Shown here one piece after another: positions 28,601 through 35,796 of a stretch of 36,330 bases of DNA. The notes under the pieces are model-generated. The model ran no database searches. It was not told the DNA's origin and saw nothing but the letters and a program-made list of their open reading frames with translations. A program made the position numbers and the translations under genes. Position 1 is the first letter of the stretch; every line of letters starts with the position of its first letter. The stretch is from contig CAZWUU010000002.1 in NCBI GenBank assembly GCA_964637485.1, forward strand, positions 1-36,330, given 5' to 3'. This DNA is from an uncultured Candidatus Saccharibacteria bacterium. GTDB taxonomy: Bacteria > Patescibacteriota > Minisyncoccia > Phycocordibacterales > PALSA-1337.

Positions 28601-29046
28601 TATTTGGCTTCATACGTGATATATGGATTTTTCAAATCAACCCAATAGCCTATTCTTTCTGTAAAGTTTTCCCACTCTTTTACATATTTCCAGACAGACT
28701 CCCTACACTTATTATTAAATTCGCCAATACCATATTTCTCAATATCTTTTTTTGATTTAAGACCTAATTCTTTTTCCACCTGTAATTCAACAGGTAATCC
28801 ATGAGTATCCCAGCCGCCTTTCCTGCGCACACGATAACCCAACATCGTTTTATATCTAGGTATAGCGTCTTTGAATGCTCTGGCTTCAAGATGGTGTATG
28901 CCAGGCAGACCGTTTGCCGTCGGTGGCCCTTCATAAAATACAAAATCTCCTTTTGGAGATTTCTTCTCCAGTGTCTTTTTAAATATTTCCTTCTCTTGCC
29001 AGTATTTGAGGATTTTTTCTTCCTTTTCAGCTCTTTGACTCTTCAT
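25666..29046 (-). CDS. ileS: Isoleucyl-tRNA synthetase with an inserted histidine-phosphatase (PGAM-like) domain
   Basis: PPTANGLPGIHHL (HIGH-type), CP1 editing motifs TTTPWTLPGN and HTAVMYGQDD, WAISRERYWGTPLPVW, DVWFDSGGMPF and KMSKS (aa 789-793). An extra ~190 aa at aa ~488-675 is described in the next feature and in the findings. Confidence 0.93.
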   Translation of the reverse strand: MKSQRAEKEEKILKYWQEKEIFKKTLEKKSPKGDFVFYEGPPTANGLPGIHHLEARAFKDAIPRYKTMLGYRVRRKGGWDTHGLPVELQVEKELGLKSKKDIEKYGIGEFNNKCRESVWKYVKEWENFTERIGYWVDLKNPYITYEAKYIESIWNIIKNADDRGLLYKDYKVVPWCPRCGTALSSHELAQGYDVVKDLSVYVKFKLKDRDNTFILAWTTTPWTLPGNVALAVSDEIQYCEIKIETGETLILAKERLSVMKDAKYEILKIVAGKQLVGVVYEPLYPFLAQNISSSEKSKLCNAYKVYSADFVTTADGTGVVHTAVMYGQDDFELGTKVGLPKYHLVSDDGTFKNEAGFLAGAFVKDETTDVAIIKDLASRGLLFAKEKYEHTYPFCWRCKTPLIYFARDSWYIRMSSLRNELVKANDKINWEPDHIKEGRFGEWLREIKDWAISRERYWGTPLPVWICDKCEKRKVPGSISEIARSPENDYFVMRHGEAENNVLGILSGIADAPHHLTDKGRRQVEKSATSFKKQKFDMVFVSPFVRTKETADIVKSIQNLADSQIVIDERLGELGTGEWNGRKVDDYHKQYVGQDRFTLSEGGIENFALIKKRMGDFLYDIESKYKGKKILIISHETPIFLLESAAKGLDRKQTLNARTDKDAIKNAECRKLDFKILPHNSEYESDLHKPFIDDVVLDCSCGGKYRRVKEVLDVWFDSGGMPFAQDHYPFEKKSVFGSFAYPADFISEAIDQTRGWFYTLHAIGVIMGKGRSYKNVVCLGHILDKDGKKMSKSLGNIVNPWDMMDKYGVDALRLWMYSINQPGESKNFEEKTVDEIVKKVFNLISNVISFYKLYDDGSVEAKDSSKNILDKWIIARLAELSMITAESMDKYKFFEPTRALRDFSADLSQWYVRRSRDRFKNNGGDKKQALSTLKYVMLELSKVLAPFTPFFAEEIYMEMGGKSESVHLEKWPKMKKADKKILDQMEVVRAVCSAGLDARMQSKINVRQPLHKLSVNNMAFKKLSEEMIEIIKDEVNIKSVVFDQNIKNSVELDTNITDELREEGELREFLRKVQDLRKSKGLTIKDVAVLVVTEDLRTMVTKNIDAIMKVTKISSVEYGPTLDLKF
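27022..27585 (-). other. In-frame histidine-phosphatase superfamily (phosphoglycerate-mutase-like) domain embedded in IleRS
   Basis: aa ~488-675 carry RHGE (494-497), SPFVRTKETA (Arg546), ERLGELGTGEWNG and ISHETP (His635). Together these make up the full branch-1 catalytic motif set. Confidence 0.75.
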
Positions 29047-29111
29047 GACGTGACCATTCTAGCGCAATATTTGCCGACTTGCGACTCATATTTTTTTCGA
29101 AGGGATGAAGC

Positions 29112-30830
29112 TTACATTTTATGCGGAACCTTTATTCCGAGTATATCCAGACCGCTTTCGACAATTTCATAGAATTTCCTGGTCAATGCCAGTCTGTATG
29201 AAGACAAACCTTCCGAATCGTCGATGATCGTATGCATAGAATAGTAATTATTATATGCACCGCAAAGGTTTATAAGATAATTAGCGATGAGTTGAGGTGA
29301 TAATTCATTGATTGCTCGACTTGTAATATCATCGAACCTGGAAATCAATCTTTCCACATCATGAACCTGGGAAGGATATCTACTTATCGGCGTCGTTTGA
29401 ACATTCATGCTTTCAGCTTTCTTTAATACGGAACGAGCTCTGACTGCCGTATATTGCAGATACGGTCCAGAATCTCCTTCGAATGAAATAGATTTCGCAG
29501 AATCAAAGATCACATCTCCGCCGACGGACTGACGGAGGATCGTGTATTTGATCGCTGCTATGGCTACGGTTTCACTCACTTGATCTTTTTCCGTATCTGA
29601 CCAATCCCTGTCAGCGACTTTTTTTATGACCATGTTCTTGATATCTCCGATGAGCTCTTCCGCACTTATGATATTCCCCTTCCTCGAAGACATCTTCCCA
29701 TCCCTAAATCTCATCATTCCATGACTTATATGGAGGGTCTTTTCGCCAACTTTTGTATTTATGACTGACAAAACCTTCCTTAGGACTCGGAAATAATCAT
29801 CCTGCTCATTTGCTGTGATGATGATCGACTTCGACAAATCTGGGTACAATTCGAATTTCAGCGTATTCAAACCCAATTCTTTTGTTTCGTAAGTGGGTAT
29901 GCCCTGCGAGGTCACGAAAACTCTGGTATGAAGGCCGTCCTTTTCTCCCTTATAGACAATAGCACCGTCGCTTTTCTCGAAAACGCCAGATTTCGCAAAC
30001 TTATCGACGACTCGTAGACCATCGTGCACGACTTCACTTTCGAAAAAATATTTATCAAACTTTGTACCTAGCAAAGAATATATTCCTTCGAAATAATCGA
30101 GACTCCATTTGCGTCCCATGTCATATATAGCATTGATTTCTTGATCACTACGATCAAATATCTTCATGTTTATGACCGCCATCTCTTTTTTTACAGCCGG
30201 ATCATCCTCGCATTGAGAACCTGTGACATACATATCACCTAGCCATTTTACTTTTTCCACAACCGTTCCCTTCATGGAAGACATATCTACCGAAGTTTTC
30301 TTGTCCTTATTCATGATAGCCCATATGGTTTTTGCCACATGAAGGCCGACATCGCCCTGATAACATGCCCTTATGACCTTATATCCGCCCTTTTCGAACA
30401 ATCTAGCCACAGATTCGCCGATAGCATTCGCCATGAGATGACCAATGTGGAAAATTTTGAACGGATTTGGATCAGTGTACTCGACCATAATCGTCTTTGT
30501 ATTTGAAACAGCCGAAGATTTGGATCTGCTGGTCGAATTATCAATAATGAAATCTAGATAATATCTTGGTTCCATTTTGAAGTTTATAAACCCAGGTCCA
30601 GCAGTCTCTATGGCAGAAACAAGGGAAATATTTTCATTTTGGAGTCTCAGAACGATTTCGTTAGCGACAGCAATTGGATTTTGTTTGGCCTTCTTGGCTA
30701 TTATCATGGCGACATTAGTTGAAAACTCCCCCCGATCATCGATTGGAGGATAGTCGAGAGCTACCTCAACATCATGGAAACCCATATCAAATATAACTTT
30801 CTGTATCTTTTCTTTCAGCAATTGTTTCAT
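29112..30830 (-). CDS. argS: Arginyl-tRNA synthetase
   Basis: 572 aa with an N-terminal Add-1-like domain, HIGH-type FHIGHLMANAIG, and a DALR anticodon-binding C-terminus ending ...HKM. Confidence 0.92.
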   Translation of the reverse strand: MKQLLKEKIQKVIFDMGFHDVEVALDYPPIDDRGEFSTNVAMIIAKKAKQNPIAVANEIVLRLQNENISLVSAIETAGPGFINFKMEPRYYLDFIIDNSTSRSKSSAVSNTKTIMVEYTDPNPFKIFHIGHLMANAIGESVARLFEKGGYKVIRACYQGDVGLHVAKTIWAIMNKDKKTSVDMSSMKGTVVEKVKWLGDMYVTGSQCEDDPAVKKEMAVINMKIFDRSDQEINAIYDMGRKWSLDYFEGIYSLLGTKFDKYFFESEVVHDGLRVVDKFAKSGVFEKSDGAIVYKGEKDGLHTRVFVTSQGIPTYETKELGLNTLKFELYPDLSKSIIITANEQDDYFRVLRKVLSVINTKVGEKTLHISHGMMRFRDGKMSSRKGNIISAEELIGDIKNMVIKKVADRDWSDTEKDQVSETVAIAAIKYTILRQSVGGDVIFDSAKSISFEGDSGPYLQYTAVRARSVLKKAESMNVQTTPISRYPSQVHDVERLISRFDDITSRAINELSPQLIANYLINLCGAYNNYYSMHTIIDDSEGLSSYRLALTRKFYEIVESGLDILGIKVPHKM

Positions 30831-30837
30831 AAGGCGA

Positions 30838-30846
30838 ATTGTAACA
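30838..30846 (-). promoter_or_regulatory. Extended -10 (TGTTACAAT) 7 nt upstream of the argS ATG
   Basis: The minus strand reads TGT-TACAAT-TCGCCTT-ATG (ATG at 30830). Confidence 0.45.
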
Positions 30847-30902
30847 GAGCCCTTATCAGCCTGCTATTTGACTTTTTATATTTTATAGGTTAATCTGCTT
30901 AC

Positions 30903-31086
30903 AGAGAGGTCGCGCATGCGAAGAAAACCGATGTCCTACGCCGCCTAACGATATGGCATCGGGAGCGTATTAGCCCCTCCCTGCTCCTTCGCAAAACCCT
31001 CCGTCGTCTCCGAGTGACCGAAATGGTCATACGCAGTCGGTCACTCGGAGCGACGCCCAACCGCAATCATTGATTGCGGTTTTTTA
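30903..31086 (+). ncRNA. GC-rich, highly structured noncoding island; candidate stand-alone ~185-nt sRNA. The alternative is a minus-strand riboswitch-like leader of argS. Family unknown.
   Basis: Plus strand: TTGACT (30868-30873), 17 nt, TAATCT (30891-30896). This is followed by nested hairpins including a 19-bp stem (31002-31055), and ends in a perfect terminator at 31060-31086. No ORF of 60 aa or more on either strand. Confidence 0.4.
31060..31086 (+). terminator. Intrinsic terminator (plus strand), placed convergent to the glyA 3' end
   Basis: ACCGCAATC-ATT-GATTGCGGT (9-bp perfect stem) followed by TTTTTTATT. Confidence 0.75.
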
Positions 31087-31102
31087 TTACTCCGGATTAG
31101 TT

Positions 31103-32308
31103 TTATTTAATTTGTGCTTTTCTTAGAATCAAGTCGATCTTTCTGGCGATCTTGATCATATCTTTCTCTTTCTTGCCTCTTGTTGTTTCAGCTGCCGTGC
31201 CAAGACGAATACCCGATGGATCCATCGGCGTTCTGCTGTCAAAAGGAATTGCGTTTTTATTCACAATAATACCCTCCTTCTCGAGAACATCACTTGCGAT
31301 CTTACCCGGCACGCCTCCTGCTCCTTTTTCATTTATTACATTACTCATCCAAGTATCAACCAGTATGAGATGTGAATCTGTTCCGCCAGAAATGATCCTC
31401 CATCCGAGATTTTTAAGCTCATTAGCCAGCGTATTTGCATTTTTTACCACCTGCAGTGCATAACGAACAAAACTTTTTGAATCAGCTTCTCTTAGAGCGA
31501 CCGCGATTCCTGCTATCTGATTTATATGCGGACCACCTTGCAAGCCGGGAAATACTGCTTTGTCTATTTTCTTGTCTAATTCTCTAGCATCTTTTTTTAC
31601 AAAAATCATAGCCGATCTTGGTCCGCGTAATGTCTTGTGAGTGGTAGTAGTCACAATATCAGCATGCAAAAACGGTGAGGGATATGCGCCTCCAGCGACC
31701 AAACCAGCGATGTGAGACATGTCTACCATAAGTAGCGACTCGCTCGCATCAGCGATATTTCTCATTTTCTCCCAGTCAATGTGTCTCGGATAGGCTGTAT
31801 AACCGGCCACGATAACATTTGGTTTTTCTTTTATAGCTTGCTCCATCAACTGATCATAATTTAATGTTTCAGTCACAGGATCAATACCGTAAGGAACCTG
31901 GGTCCAAAACTTACCGGTAGCTGACACTTTATGTCCATGGGTCAAATGTCCGCCATGATCGAGAGACATGCCCATTATCTTCCCTCCCTGCGGAACTGTT
32001 GCCGTATATACCGCCAAATTTGCCGGCGATCCAGACAGAGGTTGGACATTCACATGCCATTTTTCCTTATCAAGTTTGAACAATTTTAGAGCTCTTTCGA
32101 TACATAAATTTTCTATCTTATCTACTATTTCATTGCCTCCGTAATAACGCTTCCCTGCATAACCCTCGGCATATTTATTGGTCAATTCTGAACCGAGAGC
32201 TTCCAGGACATCTTTAGAAACATAATTTTCCGAAGCAATCAGATTTATTACCTTCTTTTGTCTGACCTGCTCTGCTTTTATCAGTTTTTTTATTTGCACA
32301 TCTTTCAT
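31103..32308 (-). CDS. glyA: Serine hydroxymethyltransferase
   Basis: SHMT throughout (LIASENYVS, PLP-lysine region TTTTHKTLRGPR). ATG 32308 (MKDVQIKK...) is preferred over the track's 32365, which overlaps dut. Confidence 0.93.
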   Translation of the reverse strand: MKDVQIKKLIKAEQVRQKKVINLIASENYVSKDVLEALGSELTNKYAEGYAGKRYYGGNEIVDKIENLCIERALKLFKLDKEKWHVNVQPLSGSPANLAVYTATVPQGGKIMGMSLDHGGHLTHGHKVSATGKFWTQVPYGIDPVTETLNYDQLMEQAIKEKPNVIVAGYTAYPRHIDWEKMRNIADASESLLMVDMSHIAGLVAGGAYPSPFLHADIVTTTTHKTLRGPRSAMIFVKKDARELDKKIDKAVFPGLQGGPHINQIAGIAVALREADSKSFVRYALQVVKNANTLANELKNLGWRIISGGTDSHLILVDTWMSNVINEKGAGGVPGKIASDVLEKEGIIVNKNAIPFDSRTPMDPSGIRLGTAAETTRGKKEKDMIKIARKIDLILRKAQIK

Positions 32309-32316
32309 GGTTTTTG

Positions 32317-32325
32317 ATTGTAACA
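32317..32325 (-). promoter_or_regulatory. Extended -10 (TGTTACAAT) 8 nt upstream of glyA ATG 32308
   Basis: The minus strand reads TGT-TACAAT-CAAAAACC-ATG, in the dut-glyA gap. Confidence 0.4.
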
Positions 32326-32333
32326 CGAAAAAA

Positions 32334-32756
32334 TTATTTTCCCGTACTCCCCATGCGACCCCCACCTCTCTTGGTTTCGTTCAATTTATCGACTAGAACT
32401 ATATCTGGATTTTCAATTTTCTGAATTAGCATTTGAGCAACCTTGTGGCCCTTAAGAAAGGTATATTTTTTATTGGATATATTCGCCATCCCTATCATGA
32501 TTTCCCCTCTGTAGCCGGAATCAATAACTCCAGCCAAAACTTTTAAGCCTTCTTTTATAGATATTCCGCTTTTATCCCACACAAGGCCCACATAACCAGA
32601 TGGTATTTCCATCGCAATACCACTCTTTACCGGCCTTATCTCTCCAGGAGCAAAGGTTGTATCTTCCAGAGCAAATAGATCCATACCCGCATCGCCTGGA
32701 TGTGCGTACTTCGGAACAACTGCTTCATTGTGCATTTTCTTGACCTTGATTTTCAT
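32334..32756 (-). CDS. dut: dUTP pyrophosphatase (dUTPase)
   Basis: Trimeric dUTPase motifs (PGDAGMDL, GVIDSGYRGEI, RGGGRMGSTG). ATG 32756 (MKIKVKK...) is preferred over 32792. Confidence 0.9.
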   Translation of the reverse strand: MKIKVKKMHNEAVVPKYAHPGDAGMDLFALEDTTFAPGEIRPVKSGIAMEIPSGYVGLVWDKSGISIKEGLKVLAGVIDSGYRGEIMIGMANISNKKYTFLKGHKVAQMLIQKIENPDIVLVDKLNETKRGGGRMGSTGK

Positions 32757-32773
32757 ATTATTAAAATATACTG

Positions 32774-32782
32774 TGATATAAT
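32774..32782 (+). promoter_or_regulatory. Extended -10 (TGATATAAT) for thyA, back-to-back with the dut -10 (TATATT on the minus strand, 32770-32765)
   Basis: TG 32774-32775 and TATAAT 32777-32782. The thyA ATG at 32808 gives a leader of about 19 nt. Confidence 0.45.
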
Positions 32783-32807
32783 CGCACTGCAATCATTTTT
32801 TTTCAAC

Positions 32808-33719
32808 ATGAAACCATTTAATGAACGAGTTCCAGATCATCAATATAAAGACCTGTTGAGAGACATTTTAGAACACGGAACCAGAACTCCAAGTCAACAA
32901 GGAGTAGACGCTCTTACAATCATTGGTCCTAAGCCTTTTCATTTCAAATTTGATAATGGTGTGCCTCTCATAACAGAGCGCAACATGAACCCCAAGACCT
33001 CCGAAAATTTGCCCGTAACGGTTTGGCAACAGGCAGTCGGGGAAATTTTTGCATTTATAAATGGTGTCAGAACTCAGAAAGAACTAGAAAATTTCGGCTG
33101 CTACTGGTGGCGATCTTGGGTAACAAAGGATAAATGTGAGAAAAGGGGCCTTGAAGAAGGAGATCTGGGTCCTGGATCGTACGGGGCCGCTTTCCATGAC
33201 TTTCCCACCCAGGACGGCAAGGCCTACAATCAATTTCAAAATATTATTGAACAGATAAAGGAAATGCCTCACCTAAGAACTCATTTTATCACTCCCTGGA
33301 TACCTCAATACACCATTCGAGGTAAAGGAAAAAATCAAAAAGTTGTAGTTGCCCCGTGTCACGGTTGGATGCATATAAGGATCATAGAGAACAAGCTGAC
33401 GTTGCACATGTTCCAGAGATCATGTGATGTGCCAGTAGGACTTCCTGCAAACCTTATACAATATTCGGCACTGACACTGGCTCTTGCTCATGTCACAGGG
33501 ACTGAACCATACGAATATGTTCACAGCTTTTCTGACGCACACATATACGTAGATCAGATCGACGCAGTAAAGACCATGATCGAAAGAGAGTCCCGAAGAC
33601 TTCCTACACTGGAGATCAATAGGAGCAAATCAAATATTTTTGATATTAGAAGAGACGACTTTATTTTGACTGACTACGATCCCCACCCTGGAATAAAGAA
33701 GATTCCTGTAGCAATATAA
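32808..33719 (+). CDS. thyA: Thymidylate synthase (ThyA type)
   Basis: Catalytic-Cys region VVAPCHGWMHI, plus DVPVGLPANLIQYSALT and HIYVDQ. The start is taken at MKPFNE; the longer track ORF overlaps dut. Confidence 0.9.
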   Translation: MKPFNERVPDHQYKDLLRDILEHGTRTPSQQGVDALTIIGPKPFHFKFDNGVPLITERNMNPKTSENLPVTVWQQAVGEIFAFINGVRTQKELENFGCYWWRSWVTKDKCEKRGLEEGDLGPGSYGAAFHDFPTQDGKAYNQFQNIIEQIKEMPHLRTHFITPWIPQYTIRGKGKNQKVVVAPCHGWMHIRIIENKLTLHMFQRSCDVPVGLPANLIQYSALTLALAHVTGTEPYEYVHSFSDAHIYVDQIDAVKTMIERESRRLPTLEINRSKSNIFDIRRDDFILTDYDPHPGIKKIPVAI

Positions 33720-33723
33720 TACT

Positions 33724-34194
33724 ATGAACGCCTTCATTAATCTCGAAAACACGAGACGAAATGACCAGAAGGAAATAATGGAGCAGATTAACCGTGAGAA
33801 ACATTGCCCTTTTTGCAAAGAAAATCTCGACAAATATCATAAGAAGCCGATAATCAAAGAAGGAAAATTTTGGATACTAACTGATAATCAGTGGCCATAC
33901 GAAAAAGTTAAGCATCAACTGTTGGCTATTTACAAATCACACATAGAGCATATCGAGCAGATGAATCCTGAAGCCGGTTCAGAGCTCATCGAAATGTTTC
34001 AGAATGAGTCAAAAAACAGAAATATTCCCGGTGGAGGAATAGCTATCAGATTTGGGGGACAATCCGAACACGGCACATACGGAAACAGTGTTCTGCATCT
34101 TCATGCGCATCTTATTGAACCAGATCTTGCCGCCTTAAATCCCGAAGAATCTTGGAAATTCAAGTTCGGTCAGCCAAAAAATTACAAGAAATGA
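33724..34194 (+). CDS. HIT (histidine triad) family nucleotide hydrolase/transferase
   Basis: Histidine triad HLHAHLI near the C-terminus and an N-terminal CPFC motif. It starts 4 nt after the thyA stop. Confidence 0.75.
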   Translation: MNAFINLENTRRNDQKEIMEQINREKHCPFCKENLDKYHKKPIIKEGKFWILTDNQWPYEKVKHQLLAIYKSHIEHIEQMNPEAGSELIEMFQNESKNRNIPGGGIAIRFGGQSEHGTYGNSVLHLHAHLIEPDLAALNPEESWKFKFGQPKNYKK

Positions 34195-34238
34195 CACAGA
34201 TGTGATCATGTATCATTAAACTTGCAATAAAATTTGCT

Positions 34239-35099
34239 CTATTTTGCTTTTTTAACAAAAATAATTTTAACTCCCTTACTTTTTAGTATTCTCTTCCCAT
34301 CCAACACTCCATAACCACCTGAATAATATAGTTTTGAAATACCTGAATATGCAATCAATTTTGCACACGGCGGACAAGGAAAGGTGGTTACATACATAGA
34401 CGTTCCTTTCAAAGAAACACCCTTCAGGGCCGCCTCAGCTATGAGGCCAGCTTCAGCATGCATGGCGGTCGATAATTCCAGATTAACTCCTTTACTAAAA
34501 TCACACCTAGGATCGCCATCTTGATATGGCATATGTTCCGAAGGTACGTGTCGATTGTGAGAAATCAGTACTATCTCATCGCCTTGAACTATTGCAGCTC
34601 CGACACGTCTCCACCAATCACTACTTTTGTTTGCCTCCTCTTTTAGCAAGGCAATGATTTTTTGATCGGAATCCTTATCAGAGATAGTCTGATCAATTTC
34701 TACAGCTGTTTCCTCGGTTGATTTGTGTTTATCCCAACGCAAAAAAACATCGTCGAACACCACCTTATTCTTCGTAAAATAATTATTGCTGATCTCACGC
34801 ATGATTTCATCATTCGGCAAAACAACATCTGTATGTGACTTAGCCAGATCGATCAGATTCTTCTTTGAAGCAACCACTATATTGTCGAAAATGTTCCAAC
34901 CGATTATTGCCTGACGCACCGTTTCTGGTTTTAAGGCTCTCAAATCCTTTGTTAATGCTTTAAAATCTGCCGAGACATCAGATCCTATCAGGTAAAGACT
35001 CTTAATATCAGAATGTTTATCGAAAAATTTCTTATATCCATCGTGCAAAACCGGCACATATGCAACGACGGCCTTATTCTTTGCTTTTGTTTTTTGCAT
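34239..35099 (-). CDS. dCMP (CMP/dCMP-type) deaminase with an uncharacterised ~140-aa N-terminal domain
   Basis: The C-terminal half has zinc motifs HAEAGLI and PCPPCAKLI. The N-terminal half is unrecognised. The start is ambiguous (35099, or 35126/35129), and every option overlaps the upstream gene's end. Confidence 0.8.
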   Translation of the reverse strand: MQKTKAKNKAVVAYVPVLHDGYKKFFDKHSDIKSLYLIGSDVSADFKALTKDLRALKPETVRQAIIGWNIFDNIVVASKKNLIDLAKSHTDVVLPNDEIMREISNNYFTKNKVVFDDVFLRWDKHKSTEETAVEIDQTISDKDSDQKIIALLKEEANKSSDWWRRVGAAIVQGDEIVLISHNRHVPSEHMPYQDGDPRCDFSKGVNLELSTAMHAEAGLIAEAALKGVSLKGTSMYVTTFPCPPCAKLIAYSGISKLYYSGGYGVLDGKRILKSKGVKIIFVKKAK

Positions 35100-35715
35100 G
35101 TCTCGTTCCACTTCCTGTGATGGCATCATTTATGAGAACTGATAACTTGGGCAAAATGGCTTTTTCGAAACGTTTAGCTAGTTTGAGTTGTAACAATCTT
35201 ATTTTGGCACTGGTAGAAGTGGTAGCCATGGGATCCAAAACCTTCACACGACCGCACAATTTCTGCATTTCTTTCATCTTCTTAATGCCGTATTTCTCGA
35301 GAGTTTCCTTGGTAATGATGAGCGTATCCGGTCTAACCGACTTTATCAATTGCCACTGAGGCATATTATGTTCCTTCAGTGTAACGATATCCACAGATCT
35401 CATATGAGTGACCATTTCAAGACGTTCTTCTTGTGGTACGAGTGGCCTATCGGGGCCCTTTCTCATTCTTACCTTCTTATCACTATCAACACCCACAATC
35501 AAAATATCTCCGTGTTTTTTGGCCTCCTCGAAATATCTAGCGTGCCCGATATGAACCATGTCATACGTACCCTGAGTCAGAACTATTCTAAGACCTAGGC
35601 CTTTTAGGTGATCCGAGATCTCCTTTAATCTTCTGTAATCAGGAACAAATCTGTCCTTGAAATTGGAGTTGATTGAGAAAATACCTCCATTAGTCACAAA
35701 ACCTTTCGAAGTCAT
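35074..35715 (-). CDS. Cytidylyltransferase-family nucleotidyltransferase (RfaE domain II / TagD-like)
   Basis: VLTQGTYDMVHIGHARYFEEAKKHGDILIVGVDSD (HxGH motif) and a C-terminal ...TSTSAKIR (ISSTxxR-like). Confidence 0.75.
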   Translation of the reverse strand: MTSKGFVTNGGIFSINSNFKDRFVPDYRRLKEISDHLKGLGLRIVLTQGTYDMVHIGHARYFEEAKKHGDILIVGVDSDKKVRMRKGPDRPLVPQEERLEMVTHMRSVDIVTLKEHNMPQWQLIKSVRPDTLIITKETLEKYGIKKMKEMQKLCGRVKVLDPMATTSTSAKIRLLQLKLAKRFEKAILPKLSVLINDAITGSGTRHAKNKSKE

Positions 35716-35722
35716 AAAAACT

Positions 35723-35728
35723 AGTATA
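35723..35728 (-). promoter_or_regulatory. TATACT 7 nt upstream of the cytidylyltransferase ATG
   Basis: The minus strand reads TATACT-AGTTTTT-ATG (ATG at 35715). Confidence 0.4.
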
Positions 35729-35780
35729 ATCGCAGGAGCGACAAACGCAACGATGACATGTGCACAGTTTCGTATTGAAA

Positions 35781-35789
35781 TGCTATCAT
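35781..35789 (+). promoter_or_regulatory. Extended -10-like TGCTATCAT 7 nt upstream of the DHFR-like ATG
   Basis: TG 35781-35782, TATCAT 35784-35789, then TGTCGCT, then ATG at 35797. Confidence 0.4.
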
Positions 35790-35796
35790 TGTCGCT

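Noticed and set aside
30916-30948. Mini-ORF MRRKPMSYAA-stop in the 30.9-kb island; the ...YAA-stop ending recalls a tmRNA tag
   Set aside because: There is no tRNA-like acceptor or T-arm (no GGGG 5' end, no GGTTCGAnTCC, no CCA-proximal stem). The island is about half the length of a tmRNA. The ending is probably coincidental.
30960-31060. ykkC-type (guanidine/ppGpp/PRPP) riboswitch resemblance on the minus strand (ACGGAGGG, GGUCACUCGGAG)
   Set aside because: Only one 8-mer and a loose second block match my recollection of the consensus. The rest of the conserved core (CUAGGGUUCCG, AAAAGCCCGGGAG) is not present. It is mentioned in the finding but not called.
32309-32807. N-terminal extensions of the track ORFs for glyA (to 32365), dut (to 32792) and thyA (from 32700)
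   Set aside because: The extensions overlap neighbouring genes, are hydrophobic or Cys-rich nonsense, and precede internal ATGs where family-typical N-termini and -10 elements begin.
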